Source: an uncultured Lachnospiraceae bacterium
Lineage (GTDB): Bacteria > Bacillota > Clostridia > Christensenellales > UBA1242
Assembly: GCA_964646345.1 (NCBI GenBank)
Contig: CAZYDU010000003.1
Span: 25,310-89,309, forward strand
Direction of reading: 5' to 3'
DNA length: 64,000 bases
Positions 29,558-38,131 of the stretch are shown here, one piece after another. The notes beneath the pieces are model-generated. The model ran no database searches, was not told the origin of the DNA, and saw nothing but the letters and a program-made list of their open reading frames with translations. The position numbers and the translations under genes were made by a program. Every line of letters begins with the position of its first letter. Positions within the stretch are counted from its first letter, which is position 1.

Positions 29558-31381
29558 TTATGAATTAGAACTTTCAAACTGACTATTATATAAATTAGCA
29601 TAAAAGCCTTTCTTTTTTAATAATTCAGAGTGATTTCCCTGTTCAATTATTTGACCTTTATTCATGACGAGAATAACATCTGCTGATGTAATTGTTGAAA
29701 GCCTGTGAGCAACAACAAAACTTGTTCTTCCAGCCATAATTCTATCAAAAGCTTCTTGAACACTTTTTTCTGTTCTAGTGTCAATATTAGATGTAGCTTC
29801 GTCTAAAATAAGCATTGGTGGTTTTAATAGCATTACACGGGCAATACAAATAAGTTGTTTTTCGCCTTGTGATAAGTTGCTACCACCTTCAATAATTTCA
29901 GTATCATATTTTTTTGGTAATTTTTCAATATAATCATGAATACCTGCCATTTTGGCTGCTTCAATAATGTCATTTAGTGAAGCATTTGGGTTTCCATAGG
30001 CAATATTTTCACGAATTGTTGAACTAAATAGCCAAGTATCTTGCAATACCATGCCGTATTTATTACGTAAACTGCTTCTTGTTATTTCTTTTATAGGTGT
30101 GTCACTAACTGTGATATATCCTGAGTTTACATCATAAAATCTCATCAAAAGATTGATGATTGTTGATTTTCCACAGCCGGTTGGACCAACAATCGCAATT
30201 TTTTGACCTTGTTTAACTGATAAGTTTAGATTTTGTATAAGTGAAGTTTTTGGAATATATGAGAAATTAACGTTTTTTATTTCAATTTCGCCAGTACAAT
30301 TAAGTAAGTCTGGCAAGAGCTCATCACTTGGTTCATCACGTTCTTCGAGTATTGAAAATACACGGTTTGAAGCTGCGAAAGCTGCTTGAATATCTGATAT
30401 TTGCTCAGATATATCGGCAAAAGGTTCGCCAAAGCTATTTGCATAAGAAAGGAATGTTGTGATAATTCCGACTTGTATTTCCCCACGCAATGCTAATATA
30501 CAACCAAATAGACCAACTGCACCATAAGTTATACCATTGATAAATCTTGTTGTTGGTGCGGTTAAAGTGCTATAAAATAATGCTTGAGTTGATGTTTTTG
30601 CATATTCATTGTTTAAAGTTTTAAAACTTTCAATACTTTTTTCTTCATGGTTGAAAGCTTTAACAACTCTTTCCCCACCAATATATTCTTCAAGGTAACC
30701 AGACATTTCGCCTTGTTTTTCCATTTCTTTTTTGATATATTTTCGGGATTTTTTTACAATTATAGTTGAAGTTACTAAACTTAGTGGCGTTATAATTAAT
30801 ATTACTAATGATAAATGAACATTCATAACAAACATTGCTATAAGCGTTCCAATAATTGTTCCAATACCGCTAATTGCAGTGGCAAGACCTTCCAAAAAAC
30901 CATCAGTCATAACATCAATGTCATTAATCATACGAGAAATTAAGTCGCCATGTGATGTTGTATCGATAAAACTTATAGGAACTTTTTGGAATTTTTCAAA
31001 TAAAAGGTCACGTATTCGATAAGTTCCCATGTAGTTATATTTTGCTAAAAATACTTGTTGTAAAAAGTTAGAAATTGCGGAAACTATTGAAATTCCAGCA
31101 ATAATTGCGATATTTTTATAAAGTTCTGCGAAATTTACATTACCTTCAGAGATGATGCAGTTTATTGCATATCCTGTGTAAATAGGATTAAAAACAACGC
31201 AAAATGTGTAAATAATATCCAAAATTACGGCAAAATATAAGTAAAAACGGTAATCTCTTGCATAATGGAATACTTTTTTTATTGTTGCAAAAGCACCTTT
31301 TTTCTTTGATAATTTATTTTTTAATTTTTCAGATTGTTTATCACGCAATTCATTTGAAGACAGTCGTTTATAATCGCTCAT
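29558..31381 (-). CDS. ABC exporter half-transporter (TMD-NBD), consensus-site subunit
   Basis: Walker A GPTGCGKST, Walker B LILDEATS, and a degenerate signature LSQGEKQ. Confidence 0.9.
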   Translation of the reverse strand: MSDYKRLSSNELRDKQSEKLKNKLSKKKGAFATIKKVFHYARDYRFYLYFAVILDIIYTFCVVFNPIYTGYAINCIISEGNVNFAELYKNIAIIAGISIVSAISNFLQQVFLAKYNYMGTYRIRDLLFEKFQKVPISFIDTTSHGDLISRMINDIDVMTDGFLEGLATAISGIGTIIGTLIAMFVMNVHLSLVILIITPLSLVTSTIIVKKSRKYIKKEMEKQGEMSGYLEEYIGGERVVKAFNHEEKSIESFKTLNNEYAKTSTQALFYSTLTAPTTRFINGITYGAVGLFGCILALRGEIQVGIITTFLSYANSFGEPFADISEQISDIQAAFAASNRVFSILEERDEPSDELLPDLLNCTGEIEIKNVNFSYIPKTSLIQNLNLSVKQGQKIAIVGPTGCGKSTIINLLMRFYDVNSGYITVSDTPIKEITRSSLRNKYGMVLQDTWLFSSTIRENIAYGNPNASLNDIIEAAKMAGIHDYIEKLPKKYDTEIIEGGSNLSQGEKQLICIARVMLLKPPMLILDEATSNIDTRTEKSVQEAFDRIMAGRTSFVVAHRLSTITSADVILVMNKGQIIEQGNHSELLKKKGFYANLYNSQFESSNS

Positions 31382-33132
31382 TATCTTGACTCCTTTTTAT
31401 TTTGTGAATAATGTATTTCTTGATAAACATTGCATCTTTCAAGAAGTTCGGCATGAGTACCAATATCAACAATGTCACCATTATTGATAACGATAATTTT
31501 ATTTGCGTCACGAATTGAGTTTGTTCTTTGTGTTACAATAAAGGTTGTTGCGTTTGCTAGTGATAATCTAATTGATTTTCTAAGTTTTGCATCAGTAGCA
31601 AAGTCTAACGCACTTGATGCGTCATCTAAAATAATAATATGTGGGTTGCCTACTAATGCTCTTGCAATAGTTAACCTTTGTCTTTGACCACCAGAAAAAT
31701 TTGTTCCACCTTTGTTTACGTGGTGTTCCAAAAATTCAGGATAATCTTTAACAAAATCATATGCTTGTGCAATTTTTAAAGCTTTAATAATTTCTTCATC
31801 ACTTGCATCAGGTTTTCTCCAGCACATATTTGATTTTATTGTACCTTCAAATAGTGTTGGATTTTGTGGAACTAGTCCTATAATGTTTCTTAAATCTTCA
31901 AGAGAATATTTTTTTACATTTATATCATTAACTAATATTTCTCCACTTGTGGCATCGTAAAACCTTGGAATAAGGTTAATAATTGAACTTTTTCCGCTTC
32001 CAGTACCACCGATTATACCAATAATATCTCCTGGTTCTGCGGTAAAACTTAAACCATTTACCGCATTTTTAACTTCTGAATAAGAAAAGTTAACATTTTT
32101 AAATTCAACTTTTCCTAAGTTAACATTTTCAAAATCAACTTTAGTTGGGTTTGCTGGGTCTTTGACTGAATTTTTAATAATCATTAATTCATTAACACGT
32201 TCACTTGATGCATTCATTCTTGTAACTATTGTGATTAAGTTTGCAAGTGTTACAATACAAGCTGAAATCGTGCCAAAATAATCAATAAAGGCAATAAGTT
32301 TTCCTTGAGAAAGTTCGCCGATATTAACTTCAATCCCACCAAAATAGAATAATGCAATAACCGCAAAGTTTACGACTAAAGAAATTAGTGGAATTAACGA
32401 ACTATTCCAAACACCGTGTTTTAATTGAGTTTGAATTAAATCATAGTTTGAATTTTTAAATTTTTCTGTTTCAGATGTTTGTTTATTAAACGCTCTTACA
32501 ACTCTAACACCAGTTAGATTTTCACGTGTAATACTTGTTGTTTTGTCAAGTTTTGCTTTAATGTTAACAAGTAATGGCTTTAATTTGCCCATTATTTTCC
32601 AAACTATAAATATTAATATAGGAATAATAACTATAAATATTAAGCTTAATTTAACATTTATAAATAATGACATTATTAATGAACCGATAATTAGCACTGG
32701 TGTTCGCATGATTGTTCTTAGGATTGAGCCAATACCTACTTGGATATTTCTTACATCGTTAACAGTTCTATTTAATAATGTTGTTGTTGAAAATTTATCA
32801 AGTTCTGAATGTGAAAGTGAGTTAATGTGTCCAAAAACATCGTCACGGATATCTCGACCAACACCGCGAGATGCAATGGCGGCACATTTTTGACCGATAA
32901 TTGCAAAAAAGAAACCAACAATATTCAAAATCAGAATAAGGACACCATATTTAATTATATAGTTTTTATCGTTATGTGAAATTCCTACGTCAATAATTTG
33001 TGCCATAATAAAAGGAACGAAAAGTTCTGTTAACGTTTCGATACATTTGCAAAATGGTGCAAAAAATGCCTGGAATTTGTAATTTTTCAAATAACTAAAA
33101 TATCTAAATTCTTTTTTTGTTTTGTTTTTCAT
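31381..33132 (-). CDS. ABC exporter half-transporter (TMD-NBD), degenerate-site subunit
   Basis: Walker A GGTGSGKSS, signature FSGGQRQR, and Walker B IILDDASS (Asp replaces the catalytic Glu). This asymmetry is typical of heterodimeric exporters (LmrCD/BmrCD/TM287-288 type). The stop and start of the two genes overlap. Confidence 0.9.
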   Translation of the reverse strand: MKNKTKKEFRYFSYLKNYKFQAFFAPFCKCIETLTELFVPFIMAQIIDVGISHNDKNYIIKYGVLILILNIVGFFFAIIGQKCAAIASRGVGRDIRDDVFGHINSLSHSELDKFSTTTLLNRTVNDVRNIQVGIGSILRTIMRTPVLIIGSLIMSLFINVKLSLIFIVIIPILIFIVWKIMGKLKPLLVNIKAKLDKTTSITRENLTGVRVVRAFNKQTSETEKFKNSNYDLIQTQLKHGVWNSSLIPLISLVVNFAVIALFYFGGIEVNIGELSQGKLIAFIDYFGTISACIVTLANLITIVTRMNASSERVNELMIIKNSVKDPANPTKVDFENVNLGKVEFKNVNFSYSEVKNAVNGLSFTAEPGDIIGIIGGTGSGKSSIINLIPRFYDATSGEILVNDINVKKYSLEDLRNIIGLVPQNPTLFEGTIKSNMCWRKPDASDEEIIKALKIAQAYDFVKDYPEFLEHHVNKGGTNFSGGQRQRLTIARALVGNPHIIILDDASSALDFATDAKLRKSIRLSLANATTFIVTQRTNSIRDANKIIVINNGDIVDIGTHAELLERCNVYQEIHYSQNKKESR

Positions 33133-33245
33133 TTTAATTTAAACCGTTGTAAAATTTTTTATATTATTGTATAATAAGCATATTATAAGATAAATAAAAT
33201 TTTCAGTCAAACAAAAAGGAGTTGAAATTTTAAACAAAATACAAA

Positions 33246-34625
33246 ATGGAAAAAGAAAAAAACGCAAAATATAATAAAAAACAAGTAAAAAATATAATAA
33301 AAATTAAAAAAACTGCTACAAAAAGAAATTTTAGACGAGATTTTGTCAATAAGTCTATAGTTGATAAATGTAACAAAAATATTACGAATGATAATGTTGA
33401 TTTGGAAATTTTGCACAAGATAAATGAGTATAACACTAATGGCAAAAAAACGATAGCTTATTTTATTGATTCATATTTTCCGGTTATCGATGGGGTTGTT
33501 TCAGTTCTTGATAATTATGCAAAATTTATGTCCAGATATTATAATGTTGTTGTGTGTACTCCAAAACATAAAAGGAAAAGTTATAAAACTGAAAATTATT
33601 TTGTGCTTTCAAGTGATTCGATTTATTTAAAGAAACAAGGTTATGATTTGGGATTTCCGCAACTTGATAATGAATTTGTAAAATATATTTCGATGTTAAA
33701 AATTGACTTAGTTCATTGCAATGCACCTTTTTTGATGGGTATGTTTGGTTTGGAGCTTGCAAGAAAAAGGCATATTCCAAGTATAACAACTTTTCATAGC
33801 CAATTTAGACAAGATTTTTATAAGTCAACAAATAGTGTTTTTTTATCTAAAATTATGTCTAATGTAATTATTAAGTTTTATGATAAATCAACATTAACTC
33901 TAACAATGAATGAATTTTCAAAGGGGATAATGAAAGAATATGGATTAAAGAGAAGTAATGTTCAAATTGTTCCAAATGCCACTAATTTAAAATTTAAAGA
34001 ATTTGAAAAATTACAAGAAATTGAAGTTTTAAATAAATATAAAATTCAACAAAATAAATTTACGATGTTGTTTATTGGTAGATTTGTTAAAGTAAAAAAT
34101 GTGTATTTTATTATTGATATATTAACTAAACTTTATGAAACAAATAAAAATTTTCAGTTTATATTTTTAGGTTATGGTCCTGAAGAAGAAAAAATGAAAA
34201 AATTAATAAAGGATAGGGGATTTGAAAATAATATTATTTTTACTGGAAAAGTTTTAGATACAGATGAAAAATCTATAATAATAAAAAATAGTAATTTATT
34301 GGTATTTCCATCTGATTATGATACAGATGGAATTGTTAAAATAGAATGTGCTTGTTTTTCAGTTCCAACACTTTGCTTAAAAAATACTGGAGTATCTTCT
34401 GGGCTTGTTGATAATGATACTGGATTTATTGAAGAAAATGACACAGAAAAATTAGCTAAACGTATTGATTTTTTATCTAAAAATGTAGATTTTGTTCAAA
34501 ATATTGGCAAAAATGCCAAAGAAAAAATTTACATTACATGGGAAGATGTTGGAAATAAACTTAAAAACATTTACGAAAAACTTCTCAAAACAAAAAATTT
34601 AAAAGGTTTAAAAAATAAAAAATAA
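33246..34625 (+). CDS. GT4-family glycosyltransferase with a basic ~65-aa N-terminal extension
   Basis: IAYFIDSYFPVIDGV N-terminal GT4 core. The C-terminal FPSDYDTDGIVKIECA occupies the E-x7-E position. The start codon is uncertain because no good RBS is present. Confidence 0.7.
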   Translation: MEKEKNAKYNKKQVKNIIKIKKTATKRNFRRDFVNKSIVDKCNKNITNDNVDLEILHKINEYNTNGKKTIAYFIDSYFPVIDGVVSVLDNYAKFMSRYYNVVVCTPKHKRKSYKTENYFVLSSDSIYLKKQGYDLGFPQLDNEFVKYISMLKIDLVHCNAPFLMGMFGLELARKRHIPSITTFHSQFRQDFYKSTNSVFLSKIMSNVIIKFYDKSTLTLTMNEFSKGIMKEYGLKRSNVQIVPNATNLKFKEFEKLQEIEVLNKYKIQQNKFTMLFIGRFVKVKNVYFIIDILTKLYETNKNFQFIFLGYGPEEEKMKKLIKDRGFENNIIFTGKVLDTDEKSIIIKNSNLLVFPSDYDTDGIVKIECACFSVPTLCLKNTGVSSGLVDNDTGFIEENDTEKLAKRIDFLSKNVDFVQNIGKNAKEKIYITWEDVGNKLKNIYEKLLKTKNLKGLKNKK

Positions 34626-34824
34626 ATATTTATTTAATAATTTTAAATTAATTTAACAGTAAAATTTTTAATTATTTAAAAATATTAATTAAAATGCAAA
34701 ATAATATTAATTAATCAATTTTTAATGATTTTTTAATTATTTTGCGTTTTTTATTTGCTTAAAAGTATGATATTATTTGAAATGTAGATAAATTTATTTT
34801 TATTAAGATATAACCTAATTTTGT

Positions 34825-34852
34825 TTGCAAAAACACAAAAATGTATTATAAT
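34825..34852 (+). promoter_or_regulatory. Putative parAB promoter
   Basis: TTGCAA, then 16 nt, then TATAAT. The predicted TSS lies downstream of the ORF-track ATG (34841), which supports the 34886 start. Confidence 0.45.
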
Positions 34853-34885
34853 CATTATATAAAATATAATACAATAGGGGAATTT

Positions 34886-35665
34886 ATGGGTAGGATTATT
34901 TCGTTTGCTAATCAAAAAGGTGGTGTTGGAAAAACAACTACCTGTGTTAATATGTCTGCTTATATGGCAATGTTGGGCAAAAAGGTATTAATTGTTGACC
35001 TTGACCCACAAGGAAATGCTACAAGTAATTTAGGGTTTTCAAAAGATGGTAAATATGACTCAATTTATCAGGTTATGAGTGGAGATAAAAAAGTTGAAGA
35101 TTGTGTTTATGATACAAAAGTGGATAATCTTAAAATAATTCCATCAAATATTGATTTGGCAGGTATTGAAGTTGAACTTGTTTACATGGAAAAAAGGGAA
35201 TATGTTATAAAAAAATTCTTTGAGAAAATAAAAAATGATTATGATTATATAACTATTGATTGCCCACCATCACTTGGTCTTTTGACGATTAACGCTTTTA
35301 CTGCGTCGGATGCTGTTATTATTCCAATCCAATGTGAATTTTTTGCTTTGGAAGGACTTAGTCAATTAATGAATACTATAAGGCTTGTAAAGAAAAAACT
35401 TAATTCTGAAATTTCAATAGATGGTGTTGTTTTGACAATGCGAGATACAAGAAGTAATTTGGGAAAACAGGTTGCTGAAGAAATTAAGAAATTTTTTGCC
35501 ACAACTGTTTTTGAAACACAGATTCCAAGAAATGTTAGACTTGCAGAAGCTCCAAGTTTTGGTGAGCCTATATGTATTTATGATAAATCTTGTGTTGGTG
35601 CAAAAGCTTATTTAAAGCTTACTGAAGAATATTTTTTAAGAAATAACGTTAAATATAGTAAATAA
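34886..35665 (+). CDS. parA: Chromosome partitioning ATPase ParA/Soj
   Basis: MGRIISFANQKGGVGKTT (deviant Walker A). AGGGGA RBS 5-6 nt upstream of this ATG. Confidence 0.92.
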   Translation: MGRIISFANQKGGVGKTTTCVNMSAYMAMLGKKVLIVDLDPQGNATSNLGFSKDGKYDSIYQVMSGDKKVEDCVYDTKVDNLKIIPSNIDLAGIEVELVYMEKREYVIKKFFEKIKNDYDYITIDCPPSLGLLTINAFTASDAVIIPIQCEFFALEGLSQLMNTIRLVKKKLNSEISIDGVVLTMRDTRSNLGKQVAEEIKKFFATTVFETQIPRNVRLAEAPSFGEPICIYDKSCVGAKAYLKLTEEYFLRNNVKYSK

Positions 35666-35678
35666 ATTAGGAGAAATT

Positions 35679-36557
35679 ATGAAAAGAGGATTGGGAAGGG
35701 GTTTAGATTCACTTTTTGGTGAATATGAAGATGAAAAACCAGCTGAAGAAGTTAAAATTGAAACGAAAATTGAACAAGTTATTGTAAATGAACCAAAAGA
35801 AATTGATATAGGATTAATTGATAGAAATCCTGATCAGCCTAGAAAAATCTTTGATGATGATGCGTTGAAAGAATTGTCTGATTCAATTAAGGTACATGGT
35901 GTTATTCAACCTATTATTGTTAAAAGAGTTGATGATAGATTTGTTATTATTGCAGGGGAAAGGCGTTGGAGAGCTTCTAGACTTGCTGGATTAAAAACTA
36001 TTCCTTGTATTATTAAGGATTATACGGAACAAGAAATTAGTGAAATTGCAATTATTGAAAATTTGCAAAGGGAAGATTTAAATCCAATAGAGTCGGCAAA
36101 AGCTATTAAGAATTTAATTAGTCAATATGATTTAACTCAAGATGAAGTTGCTGATAAAATAGGAAAAAGTAGACCAGCGGTTGCAAATACTTTAAGATTA
36201 TTGCTTTTACCTGATAGTATTATATCTTTGGTTGAATCAAATAAGATTTCTGCAGGACACGCAAGAGCTTTACTTTCAATTACTGACATAAAAAAGCAAA
36301 AAGAAATAGCTCTTTTAATCGTGGAAAAAGGTTTAACAGTTCGTGATGTTGAAAATCTAATTAAGAACCTTGGAAAACCAATACCTGAAAAGATAGTAAA
36401 AGAAAAAAGTCTTGAATTAAAAGATTTTGAAAATAGTATTAAAAGAGTTTTTGCAACAAAAGTTCAAATTAAAGGTAATGATAATAAAGGAAAAATTGTT
36501 ATTGATTATTATTCTAAAGATGACTTAAACAGAATCTATGATATTTTGAATAAATAA
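35679..36557 (+). CDS. parB: Chromosome partitioning protein ParB/Spo0J
   Basis: GERRWRA CTPase motif, HTH region TQDEVADKIGKSRPAVANTLRLL, and an AGGAG RBS. Confidence 0.93.
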   Translation: MKRGLGRGLDSLFGEYEDEKPAEEVKIETKIEQVIVNEPKEIDIGLIDRNPDQPRKIFDDDALKELSDSIKVHGVIQPIIVKRVDDRFVIIAGERRWRASRLAGLKTIPCIIKDYTEQEISEIAIIENLQREDLNPIESAKAIKNLISQYDLTQDEVADKIGKSRPAVANTLRLLLLPDSIISLVESNKISAGHARALLSITDIKKQKEIALLIVEKGLTVRDVENLIKNLGKPIPEKIVKEKSLELKDFENSIKRVFATKVQIKGNDNKGKIVIDYYSKDDLNRIYDILNK

Positions 36558-36561
36558 AAGA

Positions 36562-36577
36562 TGTTTCACGTGAAACA
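36562..36577. promoter_or_regulatory. parS: parS site 1 (TGTTTCACGTGAAACA), embedded in the parB terminator hairpin
   Basis: Perfect 16-bp palindrome matching the Firmicute parS consensus TGTTNCACGTGAAACA. The palindrome extends to aaaagaTGTTTCACGTGAAACAtctttt and is followed by a T-run. Confidence 0.85.
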
Positions 36578-36608
36578 TCTTTTTTGTTGTTTGTTTTTTT
36601 TGATACAT

Positions 36609-36624
36609 TGTTTCACGTGAAACA
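36609..36624. promoter_or_regulatory. parS: parS site 2
   Basis: Perfect site inside the 28-bp palindrome atacatTGTTTCACGTGAAACAatgtat. Confidence 0.85.
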
Positions 36625-36727
36625 ATGTATTTTTTATTATATAAATATTTTATTAAATTGATGTTATATTTATTATCAAATTAAACATTTTAGGTCTCAA
36701 TTAATTTTATATGTTTTAGAAGTAATA

Positions 36728-36743
36728 TGTTTCACGTGAAACA
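36728..36743. promoter_or_regulatory. parS: parS site 3
   Basis: Perfect TGTTTCACGTGAAACA. Confidence 0.85.
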
Positions 36744-36844
36744 TTTGTTTCTTTATAGTGATTTATTGTAATTGATTGTTTTAGACGGAATATGATTTGA
36801 TAAATATATTATTTATTATTTGGAATTACAATAAGAATGTTTAT

Positions 36845-36860
36845 TGTTTCATGTGAAACA
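36845..36860. promoter_or_regulatory. parS: parS-like site 4 (one mismatch)
   Basis: TGTTTCATGTGAAACA (central CG changed to TG). Confidence 0.65.
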
Positions 36861-37074
36861 TTTTATGTTGTTACAATTTATACATATTGTACCTTTTTAA
36901 TAAAAACAATAAAAACCTAGTAAGAATGGCAAATAATAATTTATATCAGGTTGTTTATTATTTTTTTTGGGGTATTGTAAAGAGATAATGAATCTTAAAT
37001 CTATTATAAATTTAATTTAGGGTTAAAATTGTGTAGATAAAACTAATTAAAGATAGTTGTATAAAAATAAAAAG

Positions 37075-37090
37075 TGTTTCACGTGAAACA
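37075..37090. promoter_or_regulatory. parS: parS site 5
   Basis: Perfect site inside the palindrome agTGTTTCACGTGAAACAct. Confidence 0.85.
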
Positions 37091-37173
37091 CTCTAGAATT
37101 TAATAATATAATAAGGAAATGTATTTTTATAGATAAAATCCTTTTTTAAAAAGATTAGAAACAAAAAAGGATG

Positions 37174-37189
37174 TGTTTCACGTGAAACA
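37174..37189. promoter_or_regulatory. parS: parS site 6, embedded in the cvpA terminator hairpin
   Basis: Perfect site. The extended stem ggatgTGTTTCACGTGAAACAtatcc is flanked by A/T runs directly after the cvpA stop. Confidence 0.85.
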
Positions 37190-37197
37190 TATCCTTT

Positions 37198-37962
37198 TTA
37201 GAAAACAAAATTAATTAAATCAGTGTATCCTAATAAATTATCTAGCAAATTAGTAATTTGATTGTAAATAAGCTTTCCAAAGAAAGAGTTACTAATGTAA
37301 TTTGTTATGGGTTTCATAAATGAAATAGGGGCTAAAAGCTTTATTATTATGCAAATAACTACTAAAATAAACAATCCGTGTAAAATTCCATAGAATGCAC
37401 CTAAAACATTATCTACAATTCTAATTAAACCAATGTTTCTTAGTTTGTTAATTAAAAGCTTAAATAGACATAGAATTAATAGTAATAATAAGAATGTTAT
37501 AGTGAAAGCAATAATTGTTGTAAAGAATGATGCATATGATTTTGATATAATTTCAGCAAGTGTTCTAGATTCAATGCCAGAACTATGTAACTTAGTGTAT
37601 AAAGACCTAGTGTTTAAGAATAATTTAAACATTATTCTAGGAATTAACGGAATTGCTCCAAGGTTTAAAGTAGATTTAACAAATGAACGCAAACTACTTT
37701 CTTCTATTAAAAGTAGATTTTCATTAAAATCCGGAGAAAATTCAACCAATTTTGTGTGATATGAATTAAATATTGCGTTTTTTAGTCCAAACCAGTTGTT
37801 TAATAATGAAGAAATTGGTTTATATAAGAAGAAAGTTATTGTAATAATTACCCAAAACGAGAAATTTGAAACAACTGATGACATAAAACCATTTTTTATG
37901 CCTATAATTATAAATATGATGATAAATAATATAATGGCAAGGTCAAGCCAGTTCATAAACAC
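37198..37962 (-). CDS. cvpA: CvpA-family membrane protein
   Basis: N-terminal NWLDLAIILFIIIFIIIGIKNGFMSS and a 4-5 TM topology typical of CvpA. Confidence 0.7.
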   Translation of the reverse strand: MFMNWLDLAIILFIIIFIIIGIKNGFMSSVVSNFSFWVIITITFFLYKPISSLLNNWFGLKNAIFNSYHTKLVEFSPDFNENLLLIEESSLRSFVKSTLNLGAIPLIPRIMFKLFLNTRSLYTKLHSSGIESRTLAEIISKSYASFFTTIIAFTITFLLLLLILCLFKLLINKLRNIGLIRIVDNVLGAFYGILHGLFILVVICIIIKLLAPISFMKPITNYISNSFFGKLIYNQITNLLDNLLGYTDLINFVF

Positions 37963-38076
37963 CCCCTAACTGGTTTAATTATATTACAATTTTTTAAATT
38001 AGTCTATTCATTCGATGTAAAAAGCCAAAATTTAAGCAAAAAAGGCATAATTGATGGAAATAAATTAATAAAAGGA

Positions 38077-38105
38077 TTGATAAATTATAATATTTTTGTT
38101 AAAAT
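38077..38105 (+). promoter_or_regulatory. Putative ftsH promoter
   Basis: TTGATA, then 17 nt (TGT extended -10), then TAAAAT. Confidence 0.5.
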
Positions 38106-38131
38106 AATATCAGATTATTTTGGAGGCTAAA

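Noticed and set aside
33207-33445. Two minus-strand ORFs (69 and 71 aa) with F/I/L-rich translations in the divergent promoter region and 5' end of the GT4 gene
   Set aside because: They are poly-A/T low-complexity artefacts antisense to the lysine-rich N-terminus of the GT4 ORF, with no RBS.
34841-34885. ORF-track 5' extensions of parA (34841), ftsH (38120, TTG) and the large membrane protein (46482)
   Set aside because: The downstream ATGs at 34886, 38132 and 46533 have proper RBS spacing and begin at the conserved protein N-termini. The extensions overlap promoters, RBS sequences or the preceding gene.
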